Source: Octopus sinensis (lineage: Eukaryota). Taken from it: DNA of 64,000 bases. The position numbers were made by a program, and so were the translations under genes. Below are positions 51,603 to 64,000 of this stretch, piece by piece (position 1 is the first letter of the stretch; each line of letters opens with the position of its first letter). The notes beneath the pieces were generated by a model. It saw only the letters and a list, made by a program, of their open reading frames with translations, did no database searches and was not told the DNA's origin. Location: assembly GCF_006345805.1 (NCBI RefSeq), contig NC_043007.1, forward strand, positions 55,614,001 through 55,678,000. The letters are read 5' to 3'.

Positions 51603-54600
51603 ATGCTTAAATTAGGTTGTGTGAATGCGCGTGGATTGGCGTCGGCTTGGAAGTAAGGTTACCTTCTAAACAACATCAAGTCACTGAACGTGGATATAGT
51701 AGCTATCACTGAAACTAGACTCAGCAAGCCGCGGGCCCTCGAGTCCATGTTTGGCGATCAATTTGACATTTATTTTTCTCCCTGTCTGCCGAACATGGGT
51801 GGTGGAGGTACCGCGGTGCTTTTTCGAAAGAGTCTAAATGTAAAAGTAAGAACAATATTCCTAGACCCGGAGGGTAGGCTGGTTGTCTTGGACGTGGATG
51901 GCAGAAATGGGTGTGCATTCCGTCTGATGGCAGTTTATGCACCGTCCTTAACGGGTCGGGCGGATTTCTTCAGACGTCTAGAGGTTTTCCTGGGTACGTC
52001 TAGACCTTTACTGTTAGTAGGGGATTGGAACGCTACCTTGGACACGCATCTAGATTATGTGGGAATGGATAGGAATAGAAGGGGGTGTAAGTGCCTCAAA
52101 GACCTACTCAGACGTTTCCATTTGTCTGACAGGTTCCGACTCGACCATCCGAACGTGCCAACGTGGACTTGGACAAACCGTGTCGGATCGGCGAGATCTT
52201 ATCTAGATAGAATTCTATGCAGGACAGCGGATAGGGATAGTGTAGGATGTCCACAATTTAAAATAGTCAGCTACACAGATCACAAATTTGTGACGTGTAC
52301 GCTCGACTTAGATAAGACACATAGACAGGGTCCCGGTTACTGGAAACTGAACACGTCGCTCTCAGCGCGACAGGTTTACAGGAACCGGATTACCGAGTTA
52401 ATTAAGAGGGCGCTGACGGGAGCCGTCGTTAACAACCGCTGGTGGTTCGTCCTGAAAATGGCAATAAAATCGGAATCAATTAGGTTTAGCAAGGAATTAG
52501 CGATAGATCGAAACAGAGTAGAGGGAGACCTAGTTAAGAAACTAGAAGAGGCACTTACCACTAGTAGCGCAACCAACGTGCTGGCTGCGAGGATGGCCCT
52601 CGACCAACACCTCAACGCCAAGCACGAAGGTTGCGTCGTCAGAGCTAAAATGCGTGCCTTAAGGAACGAAGGGATCGAAGCTGGGCGAGAGGCCCGGGTA
52701 GCGGAGGCGCAGCGTGGCAACAGAGCCACCATTCGGTCTCTAATAGATCAACAGGGATGCAGTTTACTCGAACCTGAAAGGATGTGTGAGGCCTTTCAAC
52801 AGCACTTTGCTCGACTGTTTGGTGCGAGTGGTGGGTCGGAACGCGGGATGGATTTCAGTGCCTACCTGACCGACCTGCCGCGGCTCTCGGCAAGGAAGCG
52901 GAGAGTTGTGAAAGTCCCATCACAGCCGCTGACGTGCGGGATGCGATGGCGGGCTGCGCAAGGGATAAGTCGCCTGGATTGGATGGTTTACCCTACGAGC
53001 TGTATTGTCAAATGCCAGACTTGTTTGGCGACCTCTTGGCATCAGTCTACTGCAACTGGCAACAAAACGGGAGAATCCCCGGTTTCGTGAGCCGAGGTGC
53101 AGTAACTTTGCTGAAGAAAGACCCAAACAAGGGGAATTTTATAGATAATTTCAGGCCCATCACTCTGCTCAACGCAGATTTGAAAATTTTGGCCAAAGTA
53201 ATAGCCGAGAGGTTGGCGCTTGTCATTGGTAAACTGGTCGATAGGGCGCAAACATGTGCCGTGCCGGGCAGAACCATACATGACAACCTCCATCTGATGC
53301 GCTACATTGTGGACAGGGTAGTTAAGGATCCTGGCATGGGTGGGGCGCTGATAAATTTGGATCAGTCTAAAGCCTTCGATAGGGTCGACCATCGGTACTT
53401 GGCGGCCGTCCTCAGGGCGGCTGGCTTCGGTCCCGTCTTCCACGGTTGGATCGCTGCCTTGTATAGCGGCATCCGATCGGTGATTCGGGTGAACGGTCAC
53501 CTGTCGGAACCGTTTGACATCACGCGTTCGGTCCGTCAGGGGTGTCCCCTGTCGGCGCTTCTGTATGTATTGACTCTCGAGCCGCTACTGCGGAAGCTGG
53601 CGACACTGAGGGGCATCCCACGGGAACTGGGTTGCGGGACGAGCGTGTCGGCATATGCGGACGATGTCACCGTCATAGTGTCGAGCTACAAACACATCCA
53701 GATGATAGGCGAGACACTAAGAAAATACGAAACGGTGACGGGAGCGAAGATTAACCCGGAAAAGTCAGTGGGTTTGCTACTCGGCACCTGGAGAAGCAAG
53801 CCCATGCCGTCCGACTGCGGCTCAGTAGTGACGCTGGACGGACGGACCGGTTAAATTGCTCGGGGTCTGGTTCAGTCCGGACCTCCAAATGGATAAGAAC
53901 TGGGACGAGATCACGAGTAGAGTGGTCGCTATCAGCCAAACATGGGCCGAGAGAAAGCTGTCTCTAAAAGGCCGGGCGGAGGTGGCGAACGCATACATCG
54001 CATCCGTCATCGATTACCGCCTGACCGTCGTACCTTGTCCCGACGCCACCATCACCAAACTGGAACGTATACTCTTCCGCTTCCTGTGGAAGGGTGGCGT
54101 TCCGATGGTGAGAAAGTCCATTTGCTGTCAACATCCGTTGAATGGAGGACTGGGCATGCCGTGGTTGATGATGCGCAGGCATGAGCTGAGACTGCGGCAT
54201 CTCTGGAACTTCATCGACGACGGTGAACCGGTGTGGGCGCCGTTTGTGAGGCACGCCTTCCCGCAGCTCGTCTCACTGACCGAACTGCAAACGTGGATCA
54301 AGAAGAGACCGAAACTGGGCGATTGGCACCGAGAGTGTCGCCAAGCTTTACAGCAGCTCTGCCGACCGGGGTCAAACTTGTGCAACTTACAAACGCCTAA
54401 AGCGTTCTATAGAGGACTAGTGGAGGGGAGGTCCGACGACATACTCGGGGCAAACCTGGGCGTCGACGAGAAATTCCTAACCCGCCTGTTCAGGACGACG
54501 TTCGGGCCGAGGCCTATGGATAACTTCCAGAAATCCCTGGCTTGGCAGTGCTATCGAGACGCACTACCTGTTCGAGAAAAGAGCTACAGGCACGGTTCGA

Positions 54601-55040
54601 AAACCATCACCGGACCGACCTGCCCGAGATGCGGTCAGAGCGACGAAACCGTTCTGCACGCACTCGTGCAGTGTCCAGATATTTCAGAGCTGTGGACCTT
54701 CGTCGAACAGCTGTTGTCACGTGTCGGTCGGGCCCGCCTATCGGCCGAGTCTATCGTGAGTATTGTTCCACCACCTTCCTTTAGACGGGAAGGGAAAACG
54801 GTTTTCGTTACGCTGATGGCTATGGCGAAAGAATGTGTGTGGTGGACGCGTTTGAAAGGACTGCAAACAAACACCTTCCTTTCTGGTCAGTCTCTCGTCA
54901 ACTTTTTCAAGTACCACTTGAAAAGGAGAATGAGAATAGAGAGGAAGGCTTTGTCGAACGAATGTTTTAATAAAAAGTGGGTAAAAGTGGCAAAAATGGT
55001 CAGTATGAAAGACGACACTATTTTAAGCATAAATCTGTAA
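51603..55040 (+). pseudogene. Tx1-like ORF2 (APE-RT-CCHC); one early stop and two frameshifts (near 52900 and 53850)
   Basis: MLKLGCVNARGL..TETR, GDWN, SYLDR, YTDH; KSPGLDG, RPITLLN.DLKI, DQSKAFDRVDH, RQGCPLS, YADD; CPRCG..ETVLH..C. Confidence 0.95.
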
Positions 55041-55325
55041 CCAAAAGAGACAACGAGAAGTAAGGCGACTTACTCATGTGTTCATTTTCGAACTGTCTGA
55101 GGTGACCTTGGTCTTTTTTGTAGGTTTTTCTTTCCAAGGCTACACCTAAACTGTGAACCTTATATATATATATATTACTTTTTTATACACCACACAACCC
55201 ACAGATCCCTATTGATCAAATATTTTTTTTTGTGCCCCACCCATCCCACCTCGAAAAGAAAAAATTCTACATTGTATTTCGTCCATTTCATTCTGTGTTT
55301 AGCCCTGTGTGGCTACGATAAAAAG

Positions 55326-55326
<1 letters not shown>

Positions 55327-55403
<77 letters not shown>
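55327..55403. repeat. (TATC)n array, 3' flank of the Tx1-like LINE
   Basis: Visible directly. Confidence 0.95.
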
Positions 55404-55549
55404 GTCTCGTGAAATTAACACGGGTTAATATGTATTTGTATATAATGTATGATTACATGTGTATGCACCAGTACACACATACGCACACGCACACACACAG
55501 ACACACACACATACACACACACACACGCGCACGCACGCACACACAACAC

Positions 55550-55615
<66 letters not shown>

Positions 55616-55865
55616 AGACGCAAAATAGTGTGATTCAACTTATGACAACATCCCAATCTCACTCGTGTGAATAATGGAAAACCGTAGAAAGAAAAATATT
55701 TTTTTGACATAATTGTTTGAAATGATATTCGCATTTAATGTTCCATTTAGACAGAACAACCAAGCAACTTTTGTTGGTAATTGTTAATAGAGGATTGTCA
55801 GTGTTGTGATACTAATTTCACAAAATGACTATCTTCATTAAAATTCAATTTTACACATACACAAA

Positions 55866-56030
55866 GGAGTGGCTGTGTGGTAAGTAGCTTGCTAACCAGC
55901 CACATGGTTCCGGGTTCAGTCCCACTGCGTGGCATCTTGGGCAAGTGTCTTCTGCTATAGCCCCGGGCCGACCAATGCCTTGTGAGTGGATTTGGTAGAC
56001 AGAAACTGAAAGAAGCCTGTCGTATATATG

Positions 56031-56061
<31 letters not shown>

Positions 56062-56270
56062 ATGTGAGTGTGCTTGTCCCCCTAGAATTGCTTGACAACC
56101 GATGCTGGTGTCTTTACGTCCCCGTTGCCTTGCGGTTCGGCAAAAGAGACCGATAGAATAAGTACTGGGCTTACAAAGAATAAGTCCCGGGGTCGATTTG
56201 CTCGACTAAAGGCGGTGCTCCAGCATGGCCGCAGTCAAATGACTGAAACAAGTAAAAGAGTAAAAGAGTA
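55866..56270 (+). mobile_element. tRNA-derived octopus-type SINE, full-length
   Basis: A-box-like gtggctgtgtggt, B-box-like ggttcagtccc, central (TA)/(TG) tract and taaaagag tail repeats. Many partial copies in the window. Confidence 0.93.
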
Positions 56271-56279
56271 TATATATAA

Positions 56280-56465
56280 TCGTTTCATTTGCTTCGGTCA
56301 TTGGACTGAGGCCAAGCTGGGGCACCGCCTTGAAGGGATTAGTTGGATGAATCAACTTCATTACTTATTCTTTTAAGTCAGTTTTTTATACCGAACCACT
56401 AGCTTACGGGGACGTAAACAAACGAACACATGTAAAGCGGTTGTAGGGACAAACTCAAAGGCACA
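56280..56465 (-). mobile_element. SINE 3' part (degraded)
   Basis: ttgcttcggtcattggactg.ggcca.gctgg.gcaccgcc...gaaccactagcttacggggacgtaaac. Confidence 0.75.
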
Positions 56466-56555
56466 CACATAACTGTTGTAAACTTGTAATTGTTTAAAAT
56501 AAATTTATTTACATATACACCAAACAAGTTTCATATATACCAAACAACTTTCAAC

Positions 56556-58352
56556 AAGGGATTTAGTTTCTCTGATCCTCTTTCCATCGTGTGTAGGAAT
56601 TTTCACTTGTAGCGGTGTGTTTTGGAATTCGGTGTATTTATAATTTTTTCCGCGAGCGGATCTGATTTTTGATTCGTTAAAGTACTGGTGACGTCTTGTT
56701 TTTCCGGTGGTCAAGTTTGTCGTTCTGCCTGGTTGGCTTCACTGTAGGGAACGGTCATCAGTCGTTCCGGTTGGTTGATTCTCTTGAAGGGTCATTTTGT
56801 TGTATTTGCCAATCGGTTTTGATTGGTCTAGTGTTAACTGACGTCAGCAACTGGTGTTTGTAAAATTTCATAGGTGACGTCGGCAACAGGTGTTTGTATG
56901 GTAATTTGGAGTTGTTGTTTCGAAACCCGGGTGAAGACTGTTACTAAAGTTTTAAAAATCGTTTGTTGGAGAAATTGAGTCTTTTTACCTTTTTCTCTTT
57001 AGTGATTTTTTCTTCTTTCTAAAGGATATTCAGCTGTGATTTATGTTTTAATGAGTATGCTTTCCTTATTTAAACGGAATTAGGTTGAATTGTTTCCGGT
57101 GCATTGATAGAGAGGGAAGATTTGGTATTTTGGGTTTATGTTTACGAGGCATTGGTCTACGTGTTTGCTTACGAGAATTTTCCTAGTCGTGGGGTCTCTG
57201 ATTTATTGCCTCTGCACTGTTAGTCAGTTCCTCAAAGTTAAACCAGTTTGACCTATGTAGTCTCCACCACGCCCTCTACATTTGAGAACATAGATTAAGT
57301 TCTTCGAAGGACAGGTGAAATGATTTTTATGATAAAAGTTTGACCTGACTTAAATTTGTATGCTGAGCCCTCTAAGAAGAAGATGCAAGCTCTGTAGTTA
57401 GGGCGGTTGCACTTTTTGACTAGTGGGGTTGTATTTCCGGTAGGTAATTTGGCGCTGGTGAGTAACTTCTTTAGGGATTGTGGCTGTCTCTTGCTTTTAA
57501 TAATCCTATGTGCTTCCAGTGCCTTTTTCATTCGCATGTCCTTCATAAGGAGTGGTATGTTTTGGTGGACGATATTGTATGCTTCCATGTTCCTCAAATT
57601 GTGTGTTGATACTTAAGATAAAGTTTTAAGCGTGTCATAGTGTTTTCTTGTTTTCCGTAACTCTTGGATGTTTATCATTTTTGCACGTTCTATTCCGTTT
57701 TTGATTAGACTGGCCGGGTATTTTTATATCTAGCAATGTGTTTTTAAGTTCTTGGAGTTGCTTTTCTCGGATTTCGGAATTTGATATAATCGTGCAAATT
57801 CTTCTTGCGAAGTTGAAAGGTATATTTGTTTTACTATGTTTTGGATGGCAGGAGGAGAATAAGATATTGTTTTGAGTCCGTTGGTTTTGAAGAAGATCTC
57901 GGTTTCAATTTCAGTTTCCGACGTCACCTAGCTCTTGACCAATGAAATTTTACAAACACCAGTTGCTGACGCCAGTTAACACTAGACCAATTAAAACCGA
58001 ACTTCAGCAAATGCAACAAAATGACCCTTCAAGAGAATCAACCAACTGGAACGACTGATGACCGTTCCCCACAGGGAAGCCAAACAAGCAGAACAACAAA
58101 TACAACAAAATGACCCTTTAAGAGAATCAACCAGAACGACTGATGACCGTTCCCCATAGGGAAGCCAACCAGGTAGAACGACAAACTTGACCACCGGAAA
58201 AACAAGACGTCACCAGTACTTTAAGGAATCAAAAATCAGATCCGCCCGCGGAAAAAAATTATAAATATACCGGATTCCAAAACACACCGCTACAAGTGAA
58301 AATTCCTACACACGACGCAAAGGGGATCTAAGAAATGCAATCCAAATCCCTT
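56556..58352 (-). mobile_element. PLE fragment (RT thumb + GIY-YIG, Neptune-like) with inverted copy of its 3' region at the 5' truncation point
   Basis: Minus frames: IFFKPTD..SCHPKHSKTNIPFNFARRICTI, KCNRPN..C and KNLIYVLKC..YIGQTG. Arms 56556-56883 and 57918-58352 are inverted homologues. Confidence 0.88.
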
Positions 58353-58498
58353 TTTTACTATCTTCATTTCTCCCTAGTTTTTCCCTCTTAACTCAGTGTA
58401 ACTGAAACTTTGATGATATGCATTTTTTGTAGATCACTACTAACACTAATGACCTTTGTCCATTCAAGCAAATTGATGCAGAATTTTAATATTATTGA

Positions 58499-58645
58499 CT
58501 GTTATGAAAATTTAAACTTGTCAACATGGCAATTTCTGAACATGCTTTACTAATTCATAATTCTAAATTTGTCTGTTATGAACATTTTAAGTTGTCAACA
58601 TTGAAACTTTTAAAAATGCTTTTCTAATTCAAAATTGTAAAATTT
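58499..58645 (+). repeat. Degenerate ~74-bp tandem duplication
   Basis: ctgttatgaa..ttt.a.ttgtcaacat.g.aa.tt.t.aa.atgcttt.ctaattca.aatt.taaa occurs twice. Confidence 0.7.
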
Positions 58646-58789
58646 TACCACTGATAAACAAAAAAATATTCTTGAAACTAGTTTGATATATATGTAAATA
58701 AATCTATCTTAAACAGTTACAAATTTTTCAAATTTAGATGAATTTTCAACAACAAACAATCCTATAATTTTTCTTGCGTGGAAATACTC

Positions 58790-58858
<69 letters not shown>

Positions 58859-60725
58859 ATTATAATCCTGGCAATCGCCTCATTAGCACATCAAGCTGGG
58901 TCCTGTCTAGCGTGGTATTCCAAAATCAATAGTAGATCGGTAAGGTTTCGTCTGAGGTAAATGGAAGCACACTAAGGTAAGCTCCAGCAGACTTGATATA
59001 AGTCCCTCAGAATGAATAATAAAAGTAATAATTTAAATAAGGAAAGAAATCAAATCGACATTAAAATTGTTTCCGTAAACGGACGATTTTAAAAAATTCT
59101 ATATCTCATTCAAAATTATTCAATTCATACAATGTTATGCCATAATATATGGAAATATGTAATAATCCTATAGTCGATATATTACTTCCGTTTCTGCTTA
59201 TAAACTGTCATACAATGTTATCAAAAACCCAGTTTCTCCATCTTTACTATTCTGATGATTATTTTCCATTAAAAATACTTGAATCATTCGCAATGGATAG
59301 ATATTTTATCGACAAGAAATCATCAAATAATTTGGGTGCAGACACCATATTATCCAGATCTCCATTTCCTTTGTGTATATACACCGGACATAAATAATTT
59401 TGAAAAATGACTTTATCATTATTAAAAATTAGTTAATGTTCCTTCATAATTATTGATTTATGCTATTGACATCGAGCCACCCATTTTAGTGTAGGGTTGT
59501 TAATCACATTGATACATAATATTTGACTGAAACTTTATTCTCTCGTTCCGAGAGGATTGCAACCAAAGTTGACCTGAACGGGATTAAACTGATTTTAAAA
59601 TATTTTGACTATGATATTCTTCTTATTAGTTTTTCCATTTTGTTTTTGTTTGTTCCGGATAAGGTTCTTTATGCAACATATTCACAATATAATCTGTTGC
59701 GTTTCTATTCACATATTTCATTCCGCACCTATTTTCCCTGATATTTTGAAAGTAAATAATTTCATTAAAACTGGCTGAGCTGTTTCGTTCTGTTAACATC
59801 ATCTCCAATTTGTTTTGTTGTTGTTTCATTTTTCCTTGTCTCACACTTCATTTCTCGACTTTCGTTCAAGCAGTTACTGAGTCAACTAGAGGATAGGGAA
59901 AATAACAAGAAATTTTCAGGCGGCAGAAGGCTGCTGCATTGAAATAAAATTTCTAGCACGACTAACAGATTTCCTCATACCATTGCTTAATGTACAACTA
60001 AAATGTTTGCTATTTGAACCAGACACATAACTAATTATGTGATAGAGAACTAACATGGAAGTATAGAAAAGGAAAATTTCTTAATAATTAAAATCAGCTT
60101 CAGTAAGATGATCAAGGAAGTGAAGGCTACAAAAATATTAGATTCACTAAAGTTTATGACAGTGAAACAAATTGCATAAAGTAGAAGACATACATTGCTA
60201 TAGTCCAGATGATCTTTTACAATCATTGCAAACTACCATCATGGGATCGACCTGCGATTCATTGTGCAGAGCTACGTTACATAATTACTGTAATTAGAAG
60301 AAATCATTGTGATGGGATGTACTTTATCGTTGGTTTTCTTTGAAGTGACAATAAATCTGTGGATCTGGGAATTGAGAAAACAGAGACCAAGAATTTTTAT
60401 ACACTAACTTACGCATTATCATCTCTCAAGAGGGGCTCAGATGTCAATTGAGTAAGAATCGAACCAAGATCATCAAAGTCTTGGCCTTAGCAAATGGTCA
60501 TCAGGAAATATTCATATCGAAGTTGAATATATCCCGTTCACCGCAGATAAATCATCGAAATGTCTAGAAATGGAAAGAGCGTAAGGAAACTTCAGCAACG
60601 AGAGACTGTATGAAAGTGACATACCAGTATTGAAGTCTTGAAATTTCAATACCTGATAACAATCAACATACTCACTTAGAAGTAAAACGTAAAACTAAGT
60701 AGTAGCAGTGTAAGCATAGCAGTAC

Positions 60726-60853
<128 letters not shown>

Positions 60854-61108
60854 CTTCCCCTTTTTCCCCTTTTTTCTTCTTTTTTCATTTCTCTTTTCTT
60901 TTGTTCCTTCTTTATTTTTATTTTTTATTTTTTATTTTATTTTATTTTTTTGTTCTTTTCTTCCCTTTTACGATCCCTCTTGATCGAAAACCTACGCCAC
61001 CCCTTTTTTTGTTTCTTTTGTTTTTTGTTTTTTTCATCCCCCAAAAGAAAAGCTCTACCTTGTAACTTGTCCCATCTGTGTGCAGCCCTGTGTGGCCAAT
61101 AAAGAAAC

Positions 61109-61109
<1 letters not shown>
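60854..61109 (+). mobile_element. 5'-truncated 3' end of a Tx1-like family, flanked by (TATC)n on both sides (60726-60853, 61110-61189)
   Basis: gatccct.ttgatc, aaaagaaaa..tctac.ttgta and agccctgtgtggc..ataaa match the 3' UTR at 55200-55326. Confidence 0.8.
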
Positions 61110-61189
<80 letters not shown>

Positions 61190-61719
61190 AACATATATAT
61201 CTATCTACATTCATACATACATACATATATACAAACATTCATGCGTGCATCCATACATACACACATGCATGCATACATACAGGCATACACAGTAGCAGTG
61301 AACTCACGACCGAGCAAGACTACTTCCTAATTTCAGTAAGACCATGCAAATGTTCCGAGACGCCAAGAAGTTCCTGTGCGTAAATCCGTTTGAGTGTTGC
61401 ACTGTCCTAGACCCACTTTTCAGTGCACTCATCTATAACACCAATGACACAAAAGGGATTGAGAGTACCAGAAACCGACTACACTTCAGGCATTTTTAAA
61501 GCCTTCTCCTAGAAGTAAGTTCTAACGAGAACTAGTGGTTCTTCACTCCTTGTGGTTCACATGCTAGTTAACTCATGACTCGGACCGTAACAGCTACAGC
61601 TGTGGATGATAGTAGAGATGGGAACAATAGTTGCTAAGAGGAGGTTCCACACTCCTCAAAACCTTGAAACTCCGTACCACGGTCCCACTACTGGATACTG
61701 TTTAAAACCATGCTAAGGA

Positions 61720-62495
61720 CATACATACATACATACATACATACATACATACATACATACATACATACATACATACATACATACATACATAAAACAAAAC
61801 ATACCAATCTGCACATATTTATGCATACAAGAATACCCTGTTTTTGATGTTGAAATTCCAATAAAGGAGCCTTGGATTTAGGTATGAAACCGACTCTTTC
61901 TCTATTGGCATGAAATCTTGAAATAAAACTGAATAATGACATGCATACATACATACATACATACATACATACATACATACATACATACGTACGTACGTAC
62001 GTACATACATAAATACATACATACATACATACATACATACATACATACATACATACATACATACATACATACATACATACATACATAAATACATACATAC
62101 ATCGACAACTGCTTCGAAACCTTCAGCTTCTATATCCAGACTATGAATTCATATTCATACCAATAATGACTGAGGCACTAGGTTTTGTTAGTAAATGCTT
62201 AAAGAAGAATCTGGATAAACTGGGATTTTCAGAAAGAGAAATTGACCGGCAAATTCGTACAAGTCCAATCTGTGAGTGGAACAGTAAAAATATGCAAATC
62301 TTTTCTTATGTTCCAAATGTGAATTTGTTTCTGTTAACTACATCCCAGAGATGGAGCTTTGTATCTTTGTTGGAAACCTGCTCCCCAATCAGTGGAAGAT
62401 TTATACTAATAAAAAATAGAAGATACATACATACATACATACATACATGCATACATACATACATACATACATACATACATACATACATACATACA

Positions 62496-62526
<31 letters not shown>

Positions 62527-62540
62527 TTACATACATATAC
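61720..62540. repeat. (CATA)n array split into three blocks by two inserts
   Basis: Blocks at 61720-61791, 61940-62103 and 62423-62540. Confidence 0.92.
62104..62423 (+). mobile_element. 3' end of an RLE-type (R4/NeSL-like) non-LTR retrotransposon within (CATA)n
   Basis: QLLRNLQLLYPDYEFIFIPIMTEALGFVSKCLKKNLDKLGF, then after a frameshift QSVSGTVKICKSFL-stop at 62322, then a ~100-bp UTR. Confidence 0.75.
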
Positions 62541-63049
62541 AAGTGTTTTCCTGAATTATAAATATTTTGTTCTGTAGATCTTTAGATAGTCAATATGCAA
62601 AGGTTATAAGATACATGTTATGCCTTAATGTTTCTCCGCGTTATATAAAAGACTGAAAGTTTTGCAAAATAAATAAACGTGCATGTAGGCCATCTCCTTC
62701 GAATATTTCTTTTGAAAAATTTATTGCATTAAGGATATCATTTTATAAGGATGAACATTATTGATGTAAGCCTTTTGAATGATATAAAGTAGCGAAGAAG
62801 CCATGAGTGTAGAATAGAGTCAAACACCTTTCTTTTTATCAAACTATTTTATCACAAGATTTTATTTACGCAACACAGGTTTATGAAATTTCTTTGGCGT
62901 CACATTCTCTTATTTCCATTAGTTTGTTCATCAGTCACTTTTTAGACTCGTAATCATTTTGAAAGAATTCCTTAAGCCAGTCTATGAAAAGTCTGTTACA
63001 TTTTCATACATAATGTTTAAATATAGTTTTCTAACCCTTTTCTCTTGTC

Positions 63050-63600
63050 ATTTTATCTGTGCTATGCCTAGCTAATGAAGTAACTCGGACTTCCATAGCT
63101 TTTTCAAAATATATATGAGACCATTTAAAACGTTGACACTTTGTATCGTTTTCCACTATTTTCTGGTCATCCTATTATGCAGCTTTCCCACAGTTTCCGT
63201 GAAAGTGATAGACCTGGTGGGGTATGTTGATGTTGATACAGTATTTCTTCCTGGTTGTTTTCTTCCATTGTACATTATAGTTGATTTTCTCCACATTATA
63301 ATATTCAAATTGGTAGTATAATTCAAGAGCTTCAAGAGAAAAATCTATTTTTACATTAGATATATTGTTTTATTTCTCATCCAATGAAGAAGTTTTTAAG
63401 AAGCACTATTGCAATTAATGCAAATTCCTTACTGTAGGTTTTAGGAGAACAATTTTCTTTCACTCAGAGAACTATAAAGGCTTTGAAGATAAAAATTTTC
63501 TCTGGGAAGTTTGGTGTGCAACACCCCCGTACATCTTAATATCATTTAATACGATGCAGTTGGTGCTCTTTGAACTGTTTATTCAGCTTATTATGGTGTA
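63050..63600 (-). mobile_element. Highly decayed Gypsy pol remnant (RNase H / integrase Zn finger)
   Basis: Minus frames ENCSPKTYSKEFALIAIV..FFIG and EILYQHQHTP...KIVENDTKCQRFK resemble Ty3 RNase H and integrase N-terminal motifs. Confidence 0.4.
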
Positions 63601-64000
63601 TCTAAATGGCCGATTCTGCAGTACAGGCTGTTGATGTTTTTCATCGTTTTATTATCCATCAAAACTACTAACGTTATTTCATTAAAATGTGCTTTGGGCG
63701 GGTATCTCCTAGTGCTCCTTCAGAATGATAGCAGTTGTATTCGAGACATTTATTGATCGCCCAATAGATCTTATCACGTGTAGTCTTCATCGATATCATC
63801 GATCATTTTAAATTAATATGAGAATGGATGTTTCTTTTCCATAGTCTTGTCAAATATGTCTTGTTGTCTAATGTTAGCTTAACGTTACCGTTATTTTACA
63901 TGACAACTTCCGGTTGATTTTGAAAGAAATAGCACAAAGCTAGGGAAGTATGACATCAGCTAGTCAGCAAACGTGAAGCACTGTCGGAGACTGACTGCTG

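Larger units (their letters stand above)
49424..55326 (+). mobile_element. Near full-length Tx1-like (L1 superclade) LINE inside a (TATC)n array
   Basis: ORF1 with CYNCGSPEHVIAKC knuckle; ORF2 with APE, RT and C-terminal CPRCG..ET..H..C; 3' UTR ends ...ataaaaagt followed by (TATC)n. Confidence 0.95.

Noticed and set aside
55866-55940. tRNA gene
   Set aside because: The A/B boxes belong to a SINE head that continues into the SINE body and recurs in many copies.
58048-58150. CTGATGA motifs (58055, 58140, and antisense near 56757) as hammerheads
   Set aside because: No GAAA follows a stem II. The motif sits in the loop of a simple ggaacg/cgttcc hairpin.

Overview
Eukaryotic, AT-rich, repeat-dominated DNA. 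The SINE family and microsatellite style suggest an octopus (cephalopod) genome; this is inference, not a database result. I found no supportable host protein-coding gene, real tRNA/rRNA or CRISPR array, and most ORFs in the track are microsatellite artefacts or transposon debris. The window holds: a decayed Mag-type Ty3/Gypsy element (8510-16918) interrupted by a Tx1/L1-like LINE with a 15-bp TSD; a near full-length Tx1-like LINE (49424-55326) inside a (TATC)n array, with a related 3' end in another (TATC)n array; a near-complete RTE LINE; CR1, R4/Dong and other RLE-type 3' fragments; mariner and maT remnants; MITEs; about ten tRNA-derived SINEs; and many Penelope-like element (PLE) pieces from at least three subgroups, several with hammerhead ribozyme (HHR) motifs. 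The most interesting signals are: (i) a 1.15-kb RT-less unit whose 220-bp inverted arms (218/220 identical) each carry an HHR; (ii) repeated PLE fold-back structures, two with inverted duplication of flanking DNA; (iii) apparent partitioning of microsatellite types among retroelement classes, including candidate (TATC)n-specific Tx1 and (CATA)n-associated RLE families.
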